Shown piece after piece: positions 8,559 to 18,747 of a stretch of 64,000 bases of DNA. The translations under genes were made by a program, and so were the position numbers. Under the pieces are notes generated by a model, which ran no database searches, was not told where the DNA came from, and saw nothing but the letters and a program-made list of their open reading frames with translations. This DNA comes from an uncultured Clostridia bacterium (GTDB taxonomy: Bacteria > Bacillota > Clostridia > TANB77 > CAG-508), in the NCBI GenBank assembly GCA_947631025.1, contig CANRKA010000001.1:8007-72006 (forward strand), read 5' to 3'. Position 1 is the stretch's first letter; every line of letters starts with the position of its first letter.

Positions 8559-10358
8559 TTAAATCTTTATAAAATTATTTATACTTTCAATTGATTTTGC
8601 ATTATAATCGTTTTTCCATTGTTGATATAACTCCATAATTTTGTCTTTGTTTTCTATTGCAAAATTAATTTTATTATATATTTCTATAATATTATCAATA
8701 TCATTAACAACTAAATATTTTTCAAGTTCTGAATCTTTAAAATAGCTTGTACTATTACTAACTAAACATATAGTTCCTAATTCCATACTTTCTAAAGGCA
8801 TAAATGATAAATTATCTGAAAAAGGAATATACAAATTAATATCATTCATAGCAATTTTTTTGTATAATTTCTCTTTAGAAACCATATTTGCATTTCCAGA
8901 TAGTGTAACATTAAGTTTTTTAGCAATACCTGATATTTTATAATTTAGAGGTATACAATCTAATCGTACGTTATCTATTAAACTTACTGCACTTATTTGA
9001 TTAAAAATATTATTTTCAAATCTATCAGAATTATAATACATACCAACTGTAATACATGATTTTTTTTCTGGTATATTTTGATATTTTTCTTTATTTTCAA
9101 TATTTATATCATTATATAACAAACTTGATTTATATCCTTTTGCATTATAGAAATCATATGTTTTTTTATTAATAAACCCGAATTCATCTATAAGTCCTTT
9201 GAAATATAAATCTAATAAATTATTAGATTTCTCCCAATAAAATGGATTACTTTGAAATGCGTTATTATGATATATTACGTCTTTAATTATTATTTTTGGA
9301 TTTATTCTTTTTAATGCGATAATAATATTATCCCATCCATCTGTATATGAATTGAATATAATTAATTTTTTATTAGCACTTTCAATTTCTTTTGCTATCA
9401 TCTCAGCTTCTTTTTTTGTATGTTGTTCTCTTAATTCTAATATATTATTTTTGAAATTTTTATAGGTTATATCTTTTATATCTTTTATATCGGGATCACA
9501 AATAACGACATACTCATCTTTTTGATTATTTAATATTTCTCTAACTTTTTTTACTCTTTTGTTTCTATTAATATAAATTGAATATTGCATCCTTGTATAA
9601 TTATATATTTTGCATAAACCTTTTTTTATACCAGATTTAACTGAAAACAAAAAATCAATGAGATTATTAAGCATTCCTCCAAAATTCAATCCAAATTTTC
9701 TATATATGTTAATAGTTCTCTGTTCACCTTTATCTGTCCAAGTTCCATTAAATAAATGAACCATACATGTATTTTTTGTATATATTTTTTCTGCATAATT
9801 ATAACTTAATGGATAAAAATAGTCTCTTGGATAAACATATATTTCATCATTAAATATCTTTACTCCATTTTCTTTTAATTCTACTGGATATTTATTAATT
9901 ATTCTTGTAATAATTGCTGGATTTGCATAATTATATATAATATCTAAATTTATAGTTTCTATACTATTGTAATACTCTAAAATTTCTTTAATATATTTAT
10001 TATGAATTTTATTTGTTGCAATTACAGCTGTTCCAAAATAGCCACTATCTTCATATCCAAACACCAAGTTTTTATCTATTATTTTAGATACATCTTTTAG
10101 GATTTTAACATCAGTATCTAAATATACCCCCCCCTCTTCATATAATGCATATGTTCTAACATAATCACTAACAAATGCCCATTTTTTATTTTCATACGCA
10201 CTTTTTACAAAAGGAACTTTGTTTATATCAAATTTGCTTTCATTCCATTCAATAATTTCATAGTCTGGTAACATTTTTTTCCACGTTGCTATACATTTTT
10301 TAACTTCCCTTGGTAGTTTCTTTCCGCCAAACCAACAATAATGTATTTTCTTTATCAA
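8559..10358 (-). CDS. Two-domain glycosyltransferase: N-terminal GT32-like (DXD sugar-binding, Gly_transf_sug) and C-terminal GT4-like domain
   Basis: The N-terminal domain reads IHYCWFGGKKLP...WKKMLPDYEIIEWNE...FVSDYVRTYALYEEGGVYLDTDV (PF04488/GT32 signature). The C-terminal domain reads ...PLESMELGTICLVSNSTSYF..., like the GT4 C-terminal E..G.P motif. It contains a G8 coding-strand homopolymer at 10127-10134. Confidence 0.7.
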   Translation of the reverse strand: MIKKIHYCWFGGKKLPREVKKCIATWKKMLPDYEIIEWNESKFDINKVPFVKSAYENKKWAFVSDYVRTYALYEEGGVYLDTDVKILKDVSKIIDKNLVFGYEDSGYFGTAVIATNKIHNKYIKEILEYYNSIETINLDIIYNYANPAIITRIINKYPVELKENGVKIFNDEIYVYPRDYFYPLSYNYAEKIYTKNTCMVHLFNGTWTDKGEQRTINIYRKFGLNFGGMLNNLIDFLFSVKSGIKKGLCKIYNYTRMQYSIYINRNKRVKKVREILNNQKDEYVVICDPDIKDIKDITYKNFKNNILELREQHTKKEAEMIAKEIESANKKLIIFNSYTDGWDNIIIALKRINPKIIIKDVIYHNNAFQSNPFYWEKSNNLLDLYFKGLIDEFGFINKKTYDFYNAKGYKSSLLYNDINIENKEKYQNIPEKKSCITVGMYYNSDRFENNIFNQISAVSLIDNVRLDCIPLNYKISGIAKKLNVTLSGNANMVSKEKLYKKIAMNDINLYIPFSDNLSFMPLESMELGTICLVSNSTSYFKDSELEKYLVVNDIDNIIEIYNKINFAIENKDKIMELYQQWKNDYNAKSIESINNFIKI

Positions 10359-10372
10359 ATTGATTCCTCCTA

Positions 10373-11485
10373 TTATTTTCCAATTATTGATTTTAATAGA
10401 TTTTTTATATTAAATTGTATGTTTTTTAATATTCTAATTAAATTTCTTTTATTTAAAATACTCTTTATCTTATTAAATTGAGATAATTGTAAGTATTTAA
10501 AAATTTCATTTAAAGTATCTTTTTGACTTTGAGAATAATGATTTTCTATTTCAAAAATCCAATTTTTATTTATAATATAATCTAAAATATTGCTATTATT
10601 TTTCTTGAAAGTTTCTAGATTATTAATAAACTCTTTTTTATTTATTTTATAATCACTAGTAAAATATTCCAATGATCTATCTATTATAAATTCATTTATT
10701 ACATATTTATATTTGTATATAACTTCTTCTATATTTTTTTCTTTTGATTTTTCTTCTATTACTTCTGATATATTTTCACAAATTTTATAAAAAGCTTGTT
10801 CTAATGTATTTGTTGCAACAATTGATTTTTCTCTTTGTAAATAATAATACATTCCATATGGCAAATATTTTATTTTTTCTGTTTCTATTTCTGATAAAAT
10901 AAATGGAGTTACAGCTGTATCTTCATATTCCTTTCCTACTGGAAATTTATAATTATTATATAACTCTTTTTTTATTATTTTGTTACATGAAGAACCTGAA
11001 ATTGCTCCATTTAAGATAGACACAATAAATTCATTTTTATAATCTGTATATGCTCTTGATAAATAATTCATTTTTTTATCTTTTTCAAATACAACGTATA
11101 CATCATATATTATAATTTCATATCCTTCATTAATTTGTTTTCTTGCTATTTCATAAAAATCTTTACTTATGTAATCATCTGAATCTACACAACTAATATA
11201 TTTTCCTCTTGCATTTTTTAATCCAACATTTTTTGTATCTGCTAATCCTTTATTTTCTTTTTTTATATATTTAAAATTATTTTTATATTTTTCAGGTAAT
11301 TCATAAATAAAGTCTAAAGCAATTTTTTCTGAATTATCTGTTGAGCCATCATTTATAATTAGTACTTCACAGTCTATATCTATCGCTTCTAATATAGAAT
11401 CTAGACATTTTCTTATATATTTTTCTGTATTATATACAGGAACTATTATAGAAAATAGAAAATCTTCTTTCATTTTTATCCTCAT
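10373..11485 (-). CDS. Glycosyltransferase family 2
   Basis: FSIIVPVYNTEKYIRKCLDSIL...VLIINDGSTDNS...YISCVDSDDY. Confidence 0.9.
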   Translation of the reverse strand: MRIKMKEDFLFSIIVPVYNTEKYIRKCLDSILEAIDIDCEVLIINDGSTDNSEKIALDFIYELPEKYKNNFKYIKKENKGLADTKNVGLKNARGKYISCVDSDDYISKDFYEIARKQINEGYEIIIYDVYVVFEKDKKMNYLSRAYTDYKNEFIVSILNGAISGSSCNKIIKKELYNNYKFPVGKEYEDTAVTPFILSEIETEKIKYLPYGMYYYLQREKSIVATNTLEQAFYKICENISEVIEEKSKEKNIEEVIYKYKYVINEFIIDRSLEYFTSDYKINKKEFINNLETFKKNNSNILDYIINKNWIFEIENHYSQSQKDTLNEIFKYLQLSQFNKIKSILNKRNLIRILKNIQFNIKNLLKSIIGK

Positions 11486-11553
11486 TTCTCTTTTATTTTA
11501 TATTATTGGAAATTATATCATACTTACAAAAAATGTCAATATTTAGCCTTTTT

Positions 11554-12435
11554 CTAAAAGAATCTGCTTTTTATTATTCCAGGAATATACAATAAAACAA
11601 CTAGAATTTTATTAATCTCATCATTTATTTTATTTAGTTTAATTTTTTGCTTTGTTAAATAAGAAAACAATATATAATGTTTTATAACATATAACCTTTT
11701 AGGTAATTTAACTTCTCTCATATTTCTTTGTAATATTTCTTTAAAATATTCATAATATCCAAATGGATTTTCTTTAAATATTTTTTTAATGTTTTTTGTA
11801 TACCCATCTTTTTGATATTCGCATATCATTATTGGCTCATCTATACATTTTATTTTATATTTTAAATCCATTTCATGATGTAATCTTGCTTCTGTTACAA
11901 ATTTTTCATCTTTTTCTAACCTGTATTTATATTCTTTTCTTGTGTTTGCAAAATATACTAAAGATTTTTCCCCATCTTCACCTTCTTTAAAATACAAATC
12001 AAACATTATTGTTTTATCATATTTAAATTTATTTCCTATATTATTTCCATCTTGGTCATATTTTAAAAAGCACATAGCATATAGTTCTTTATCATTTTTG
12101 CATTCTTCATATTCTTTTTCTATTATTTTAAAGCTATTGTCTGAAAAATAATCATCTGAATCACATTCAACAATTAAGTCACCAGTTGCTCTTTTAACCA
12201 AATTATTAATTGCTGTCATTTTTCCACTATTTTCTTGAAAATAATATTTTATCTTTAAATTATCATATTCAAAAAAATTGTTAACCACTTCTTGTGTATT
12301 ATCTCTTGAACCGTCATCCATTATAAGCCATTCTATTTTTATTTCTTCTATTAAATTATTTACAATACTTTCATAAAGTCTTGGTAAAAATTTTGCTCTA
12401 TTATATGTTGCTGTTAAAATTGATAATTTTAGCAT
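11554..12435 (-). CDS. Glycosyltransferase family 2
   Basis: LSILTATYNRAKFLPRLYESIV...WLIMDDGSRDNT...LIVECDSDDY. Confidence 0.85.
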   Translation of the reverse strand: MLKLSILTATYNRAKFLPRLYESIVNNLIEEIKIEWLIMDDGSRDNTQEVVNNFFEYDNLKIKYYFQENSGKMTAINNLVKRATGDLIVECDSDDYFSDNSFKIIEKEYEECKNDKELYAMCFLKYDQDGNNIGNKFKYDKTIMFDLYFKEGEDGEKSLVYFANTRKEYKYRLEKDEKFVTEARLHHEMDLKYKIKCIDEPIMICEYQKDGYTKNIKKIFKENPFGYYEYFKEILQRNMREVKLPKRLYVIKHYILFSYLTKQKIKLNKINDEINKILVVLLYIPGIIKSRFF

Positions 12436-12438
12436 ATT

Positions 12439-13539
12439 TTACTCCTCAATTAATTTTATTATTTGTTCTATAATTCCACGGTTATCATATTGTTTTGATG
12501 GTTTTGTGTCTTTTACTACACCCTTTTTTATAATTTGTTCTAATCCCTTATATATTCCCTCTTTGGTATTTTCAAAAATTTGAGAATTACTATAATTTTG
12601 TACTGTTTCTCTTGCTGCTGTATCTGTTATTAATATGTATTTATCTAATATTTTTGCTTCTTCTAGAACCATTGGATATCCTTCAAAATATGTTAGTAAG
12701 CAGAAATAATCCGCATTTTTTATATATGGATATGGATTTTCTTTTTTTCCTAATAATTTAAATGTATCTTTAACATCTTCTATTTTTATTAAATTTTCTA
12801 ACTCTTTTCTTTTAGGGCCATCACCAATTACATAAAAATTGTGTTTATATCCATTTTTTACTAACTTACTATGTATTTTTATAAGTCTATCTATTGCCTT
12901 TTGCTCAACTAATCTTGCTACTGTTACAAAGTTAATTGTATCTTTTGGAAATTCACAATCAACTTTTCTACTTGCTTTTTTTAGCACTTCGTCTTTTTCT
13001 ATATAATTATAAATAACTTGTTTATTATTTTTAATTTTATATTTCTTATTAAATTTTTTTAAATTGTCTTCACTTACGAAAACAAGCTTTCCAAATTTTC
13101 TATATATTTTTTTATCTATAAACATCTTTATTTTTGCTTTAAAACTATTTCCAAAAACTTTAGTAATGTCATTATGAATCCATGCAATCTTTTTACTTTT
13201 TTTACCATAAGATGCAAATAGTCTTGTAATAGGACCTTCTAAAAAAGCAATCTCTTTATCGAATTTTTTGTATATGTATGTTTTATATAAATACTTTTTA
13301 GAAAATAAAACTTTTAAAGACATGTACATTTTCTCTACATCTGTAAGATCTTTATAACTTTTTTTGCATAAGTGTATTAATTTTATTTTACTAGATAATT
13401 CTTTTTCAAGTTCACCACCAGAATATATGCAAAAAATTGTAACATCATATCTGTAGCACAATCTATTGGCTATATCTACTAATGTCCTTTCTGCTCCACC
13501 TAGTGTTAAACCAGTAATTCCAAATACTATTTTTTTCAT
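12439..13539 (-). CDS. Glycosyltransferase family 4
   Basis: MKKIVFGITGLTLGGAERTLVDIANRL... with C-terminal EGYPMVLEEAKILDKYILITD (GT4 E-x7-E region). The start was moved to ATG 13539, preceded by AAGAGGGAAATTAAA. The ORF-track start at 13572 lacks an RBS. Confidence 0.85.
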   Translation of the reverse strand: MKKIVFGITGLTLGGAERTLVDIANRLCYRYDVTIFCIYSGGELEKELSSKIKLIHLCKKSYKDLTDVEKMYMSLKVLFSKKYLYKTYIYKKFDKEIAFLEGPITRLFASYGKKSKKIAWIHNDITKVFGNSFKAKIKMFIDKKIYRKFGKLVFVSEDNLKKFNKKYKIKNNKQVIYNYIEKDEVLKKASRKVDCEFPKDTINFVTVARLVEQKAIDRLIKIHSKLVKNGYKHNFYVIGDGPKRKELENLIKIEDVKDTFKLLGKKENPYPYIKNADYFCLLTYFEGYPMVLEEAKILDKYILITDTAARETVQNYSNSQIFENTKEGIYKGLEQIIKKGVVKDTKPSKQYDNRGIIEQIIKLIEE

Positions 13540-13589
13540 TTTAATTTCCCTCTTATTATTGTTTACGAACATATTTGTAAATAATAATT

Positions 13590-14531
13590 TTATAATATTT
13601 TTGAATAAATTTTGAAAGTAAATTTATTTATAGACCTTATATATAAGTTTTTTAAATTTAAATTTTGCTTTAAATATTGATTTTGTTTCCAATTAGGAAA
13701 TTTTGTATTTAAATTTTCCCATGTTAATTTTAATAATCTATTTTTTACATTTTTGTCTTTTATAGCTGTAATTCTTTTTAAAGAACTACAAAGTGTTAGT
13801 CTTGTATAGGTGTATTCTAACTCTTGCCTGTAATCATTGAATATACCTTCTTCTATATAATAATTTATTACATTTTCTAATACTTTAAAAATTTCTCCTG
13901 TTCTTTCATTTTGTGTATTTGCTATTGAACTTTCTCTTTGTACATAATGAACCAATGGTTCTTTTACAAAAGAAATTTTATTTAAATACGGAACTAATTT
14001 ATAAAAGAATTCAATGTCTTCATATCTTAACCCCTTTGGAAACTCTATTTTTGCCTTTTCTAAAATTTCTTTCTTTATTAATTTGTTCCAAGCAACAACT
14101 CTTGCATATATCATTGCCTGTTTTTTACCATTATATATTTTTCCTGTGTCAACTTTTTCTTTATTAGGATATTCCCATATAAAATCGCATTCTACCATAT
14201 CACTTTTTTCTTCTATTGCTTTTTTATACATTTTTTCGTACATACTAAGTTCTACGTAATCGTCTGAATCTACAAAAGCTATATATTCTCCTTGTGCATA
14301 TGGCATACCATAGTTTCTTGCATCTGATAAGCCACCATTTTCTTTTTCTAAATATATAAATCTTTTATCATCTAAAAACCTTTTAACTATTTCTTTTGAT
14401 TTATCCGTTGAACCATCGTTTACAACTATAATTTCTATATCTTTTAATGTCTGATTTTTTAGTGAACTTAAACATTTATAGATATAATTTTCAACATTAT
14501 AAACAGGTACTATAATACTTACTTTAGGCAT
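13590..14531 (-). CDS. Glycosyltransferase family 2
   Basis: VSIIVPVYNVENYIYKCLSSLKNQTLKDIEIIVVNDGSTDKS...YIAFVDSDDY. Confidence 0.9.
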   Translation of the reverse strand: MPKVSIIVPVYNVENYIYKCLSSLKNQTLKDIEIIVVNDGSTDKSKEIVKRFLDDKRFIYLEKENGGLSDARNYGMPYAQGEYIAFVDSDDYVELSMYEKMYKKAIEEKSDMVECDFIWEYPNKEKVDTGKIYNGKKQAMIYARVVAWNKLIKKEILEKAKIEFPKGLRYEDIEFFYKLVPYLNKISFVKEPLVHYVQRESSIANTQNERTGEIFKVLENVINYYIEEGIFNDYRQELEYTYTRLTLCSSLKRITAIKDKNVKNRLLKLTWENLNTKFPNWKQNQYLKQNLNLKNLYIRSINKFTFKIYSKIL

Positions 14532-14608
14532 TGCTATTTCTCCTATATAATTTATTTAAAAAATCTTTTTTACTATAAAACATAATAAACATTGTATAAT
14601 TTAAGTTA

Positions 14609-15631
14609 TTATTTTAAATTTTCATCAAAAAACTTTTTAAACTTCATAGAAATTTCCTTCCAAGACCATTTTTTTATTTGATTTAAATTTTCTTTTGATA
14701 ATTCATCAAATAATTCTCTATTATTTAATAATTCTATTATTTTACTTTTTAAACATTCTTTGCTTCTTTCTTTTAAAATAAATTCTTTTTGTTTTTTACC
14801 AAATACTTCTGGTACAATACCAACATCAGTACTAATTATTGGAATTCCACAAGCCATAGCTTCTAAAACTGGATTAGGTGTTCCTTCTGTTTTAGATGCA
14901 CATATATATAAATCAATCTCATTATAATAATTAGGCATTTCTTCGTGTGGAATCATTTTATCATTTCTATCAGCAAAATATTCTATTATATTATATCCTT
15001 CGTCTTTTAATTCACTTAATGTTGGTATTATAATTTTTCTTAATCCTTTTAAATCGTCATCATTTTCTGAATCAGTAAATTTACTATTTCCTACCCAACC
15101 AATCCTTATTTCTTTGTTTTTTATATTTTCAAATCTATCTTTATTAAAGGGTTTAAAAAGTTCTAAATCAACTCCATCTTGAACTACAAGATTTGGTTTT
15201 TTTATGTCTTTTATTTTCGTATAAATATCATATAATTTTTTTGACGATACTGTATATCCTTTCACGTTTTGAATTATAAATTCAGTCTCCTTTAAATTAT
15301 TTTTTTCTAATAACATATGATCATAAACTGATGTAGTTATATTAGTTCCCTTTAAAAAATCTTCCACAAATTGTTCATAACTAAAGCCTATTCTTTCTAT
15401 ATACCATTTTGAGTATTCTCCATAAATCCAAGAAATTTCTCCTCTCCAAAAAAAATGTACTAAATCATATTTTTTTCCTAATATTAATATCTTTACTATA
15501 TTATTATTAAACATTTTTACTGTTACAATATCTATTTCATAATAATTTGATAAATTCTTTTTTATTTCTTTAGCAATATTATCAAAAGCCCATCCTTTAG
15601 TATCAACTACTAGTAATATTTTTGGTTTCAT
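14609..15631 (-). CDS. Glycosyltransferase family 4
   Basis: C-terminal ...TEGTPNPVLEAMACGIPIISTDVGIVPE with an N-terminal Rossmann half. Confidence 0.85.
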   Translation of the reverse strand: MKPKILLVVDTKGWAFDNIAKEIKKNLSNYYEIDIVTVKMFNNNIVKILILGKKYDLVHFFWRGEISWIYGEYSKWYIERIGFSYEQFVEDFLKGTNITTSVYDHMLLEKNNLKETEFIIQNVKGYTVSSKKLYDIYTKIKDIKKPNLVVQDGVDLELFKPFNKDRFENIKNKEIRIGWVGNSKFTDSENDDDLKGLRKIIIPTLSELKDEGYNIIEYFADRNDKMIPHEEMPNYYNEIDLYICASKTEGTPNPVLEAMACGIPIISTDVGIVPEVFGKKQKEFILKERSKECLKSKIIELLNNRELFDELSKENLNQIKKWSWKEISMKFKKFFDENLK

Positions 15632-15633
15632 AA

Positions 15634-15846
15634 TTAATTCCCCCTAAATATTTTATTTATTTTTTTTAAAATTTTATAGCTCCTTGAATGTACTATTGAA
15701 TCTAATTTTTCTTTTAAGTCTATTGTTTCTTTTTTAAAATATTCATCATCTTTTTTTAATAAAGCTAAGTTTTCTTTTATTATATCATTTTCTTCTTCTA
15801 ATTGTTCTATCATTAACATTAATTCCTTTTTACTTAATTCTTCCAT
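15634..15846 (-). CDS. Small (70 aa) coiled-coil protein of unknown function
   Basis: MEELSKKELMLMIEQLEEENDIIKENLALLKKDDEYFKKETIDLKEKLDS... shows a heptad-like charged/hydrophobic pattern. It sits 4 nt after the upstream GT2 stop and 2 nt before the downstream GT4 start, so it is translationally coupled. Confidence 0.4.
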   Translation of the reverse strand: MEELSKKELMLMIEQLEEENDIIKENLALLKKDDEYFKKETIDLKEKLDSIVHSRSYKILKKINKIFRGN

Positions 15847-15850
15847 CTTA

Positions 15851-16789
15851 TCACCTCATATTTAAATATAAATTAATACTAATTTTTAGCATTATTCTTT
15901 TTATTAATTGTTTAAAGTCTGTAATCTTAATATTATTTATTATTTTTTTTCTTTTAATTTTTGTTATATATTTTTCTCTTTCTTTTTTATTTAATTCCGA
16001 AGCCTTCAATATAATAGTGTTTGTATAGTAAATCTTTATATTTTCTTCTGTTTTTTTATCTAAATTTAATTTATTTATTTTTTTTATCAAATTATCATAA
16101 TGTATTAATAAATCATTTGCTTTTTTTAAATTTTTTGTTTTATCTGTTACAATACTATTTTCTCTCTGTATATAGTAATATCCATAAATATCAACTGATG
16201 AAACGGATTTTGCACTACATATTACAAGAGGAGTAAGTCCAAAATCTTCATGATAAGTATTTTCTGTATATTGAAATTTATTACTATTCCAAAAATCTCT
16301 TTTATATAAATATAGCCATGCAGGCTCTAATAGTTTGTCTTTAAAACATAAATCATTAAAAGCTTCTTGTCCATTTTTTTCATCAAATACTGGTCCATTA
16401 AAATTTTCTTCTTTTCCACTTTCATATTTTTTTATTGCTTTAAATTTAATTAAATCAACATCTTTTTGTATATATTCTTTTAATTTTTCATATAAATTCT
16501 TATCTAAATAATCATCAGAATCTACAAATGTTATATAATTACCTGTCGCATATTTAACTCCATAATTTCTTGCTGAAGAAAGTCCTCCATTTTCTTTTTT
16601 ATAATATTTTATTTTTTCAGAATATTTTTCCTGATATTTTTTTATAATATCTTCAGAACCGTCAATAGACCCATCGTTAACAACTATGATTTCAATATTT
16701 TTCATAGTTTGATTAACTAATGAGTCTAAACACTTTTCTAAATATTTTTCAGTATTATAAACTGGTACTATAACACTTATTTCATACAT
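15851..16789 (-). CDS. Glycosyltransferase family 2
   Basis: ISVIVPVYNTEKYLEKCLDSLVNQTMKNIEIIVVNDGSIDGS...YITFVDSDDY. Confidence 0.9.
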   Translation of the reverse strand: MYEISVIVPVYNTEKYLEKCLDSLVNQTMKNIEIIVVNDGSIDGSEDIIKKYQEKYSEKIKYYKKENGGLSSARNYGVKYATGNYITFVDSDDYLDKNLYEKLKEYIQKDVDLIKFKAIKKYESGKEENFNGPVFDEKNGQEAFNDLCFKDKLLEPAWLYLYKRDFWNSNKFQYTENTYHEDFGLTPLVICSAKSVSSVDIYGYYYIQRENSIVTDKTKNLKKANDLLIHYDNLIKKINKLNLDKKTEENIKIYYTNTIILKASELNKKEREKYITKIKRKKIINNIKITDFKQLIKRIMLKISINLYLNMR

Positions 16790-16800
16790 ACTTACACCTT

Positions 16801-18009
16801 TTATTTTTTCATCAATTTTTTTAATATTGAATATTTTTTTGTTTTTTGTTTTTTATTTAAATTATTATCATTATTTATATTTGTATTCTTTACTTTAATA
16901 TTTTTTATAAATTCATCAATGATTTTATCATTGCTTAAATCATACGATTCATTTACTAAACTATTAAAATTAATTCTTTCTTTATCATAATAATTTTTAT
17001 CTGTTAATAATTTTTTCGTTTGCTTACAAAAATTATTTATATCATTAACTATAGGTCCTGGATACCATATAGCATTTGAATTAAATAAAAGTCCCCTATC
17101 TTTATTATATTCTTTTATATCTGTATTTAAAAACAATATTGGCCTTAATAAATTTATATAATCAATGTATATTGATGAATAATCTGTAATTAATAAGTCT
17201 ATGCAATTTAAAACTTCATTTATAGTTATTAATTTTTCTTGCATTATGCTATCCTTTAATATAACTATATTTTCATTTTCTTTAATATTAAGTATTGATT
17301 CTTCTGATGGGTGCATTTTCAAAATTAATAGATAATTATTCTTTTTTAAAAAATCAACTAATTCTTTTTCATTATATTTTTTTAAATTTATTATATTTAT
17401 ATTGCTAATATTTCCTGTTTTTTCATTATTTCCTATTCTAAATGTTGGTGCATACATAATTAACTTATTAAAATTATTTAAATTTATATTTAAAATTTTT
17501 TCTAAATTTTCTTTTCCATTACTTATCTTTAGAAACTCATAACGTGGTTGAGGAAATATTAAAATGTCATCTGTAATTTTCTTGAATATATAAGAATATA
17601 TTACTCTTCCAAATTCACTTGGAGCAATTAAATAATCACAAGCATTTGAATATATGTTTGCAAATTCTTTAGCTGATGGTGTATCTAATGAATTACCTGT
17701 CCTTTTTGGACTCAACCCATGCCATAATCCAATAAAAATTTGATTATCACTTTTCATTGTAACATAATCAGAATGCGTTAAAAAAACAATTTGAGTTTTA
17801 TAAAACTCATCATTAAAATTGGAATCTTGTTCACAAAAAACATTAATTCCTATATTTTGTAATTTTTCTTTTATTTTTATGTCTTTAACAAACCAAACTA
17901 ATTCATAATTATCTAAATTTCTTAATAGTAAGGCTTTAAATAAAGCCTTACTATTTCCAGAATAGTCTGGAAAGCTTGAAAAACCAATTCTTATTTTATT
18001 ATCCTTCAT
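16801..18009 (-). CDS. CDP-glycerol/CDP-alditol glycerophosphotransferase family (TagB/TagF-like)
   Basis: FSSFPDYSGNSKALFKALL, FIGLWHG, YAPTFR, LKMHP and ITDYSSIYIDYINLLRPILF match PF04464 teichoic-acid polyol-phosphate transferases. Confidence 0.85.
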   Translation of the reverse strand: MKDNKIRIGFSSFPDYSGNSKALFKALLLRNLDNYELVWFVKDIKIKEKLQNIGINVFCEQDSNFNDEFYKTQIVFLTHSDYVTMKSDNQIFIGLWHGLSPKRTGNSLDTPSAKEFANIYSNACDYLIAPSEFGRVIYSYIFKKITDDILIFPQPRYEFLKISNGKENLEKILNINLNNFNKLIMYAPTFRIGNNEKTGNISNINIINLKKYNEKELVDFLKKNNYLLILKMHPSEESILNIKENENIVILKDSIMQEKLITINEVLNCIDLLITDYSSIYIDYINLLRPILFLNTDIKEYNKDRGLLFNSNAIWYPGPIVNDINNFCKQTKKLLTDKNYYDKERINFNSLVNESYDLSNDKIIDEFIKNIKVKNTNINNDNNLNKKQKTKKYSILKKLMKK

Positions 18010-18117
18010 CTTTCCTCCAAAACTAAATATTAAGTCTTTTTTCTAAAATAAAATTAGCTATATCTAAATCGTATTTAGTTGTAATTTTTATATTATATAA
18101 TTCTCCTTTAATTGTAA

Positions 18118-18729
18118 TTACTTTTTTCCTTTAATAACATAAGATTTCGTTGCTTCTACTAAACTTTCAACTTCATCTTCTGTAAGCAAATTATAATTAT
18201 CAATAAATTCCTTCAATTTAAATGTTTGAGGAGTTTGTACTATTTTCATATTTTTTCTAATTGGAACTTTTATAATTTTATTAGTATTTTCTTCCAATTC
18301 TAAAATTGAATTATTAGTTTCTATTGCAGTTGATACTGCATTTGCATATTTTAAATTTTCAATATTTTCTTTTATTATTCTATTATTAATAAAAGGTCTA
18401 TCAGCATCATGAGTAATAATTATATCATCTTTAGAAGTTTTAAAATTTTTTTCTATATATTTACATGCATTTATTAAACTTTCTGATCTCGTTTTTCCAC
18501 CTTCTGAAATATTTATATCTATGTTTAAGTATTTATTAATTAAATTATTTGTATATTCTATATACTGTTTATTTATTGCCACTATTATTTCTATTTTATC
18601 AGGATAATTTAAAAATTTTTCAATAGTATGTATTAATACTGGTTTATTTCCTAATAAATGAAATTGTTTTGGCAATTCATCATCAAATCTACTTCCTACT
18701 CCTCCTGCTAATATTATTGCATAATTCAT
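18118..18729 (-). CDS. IspD/TarI-family cytidylyltransferase (alditol-phosphate or sugar-phosphate CDP-activating enzyme)
   Basis: MNYAIILAGGVGSRFDDELPKQFHLLGNKPVL is the IspD-family nucleotide-binding signature. The size (203 aa) and position next to the TagF-like gene suggest CDP-ribitol, CDP-2-glycerol or a similar donor. The substrate cannot be told from sequence. Confidence 0.75.
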   Translation of the reverse strand: MNYAIILAGGVGSRFDDELPKQFHLLGNKPVLIHTIEKFLNYPDKIEIIVAINKQYIEYTNNLINKYLNIDINISEGGKTRSESLINACKYIEKNFKTSKDDIIITHDADRPFINNRIIKENIENLKYANAVSTAIETNNSILELEENTNKIIKVPIRKNMKIVQTPQTFKLKEFIDNYNLLTEDEVESLVEATKSYVIKGKK

Positions 18730-18747
18730 TTTAATTTACCTCTTTTA

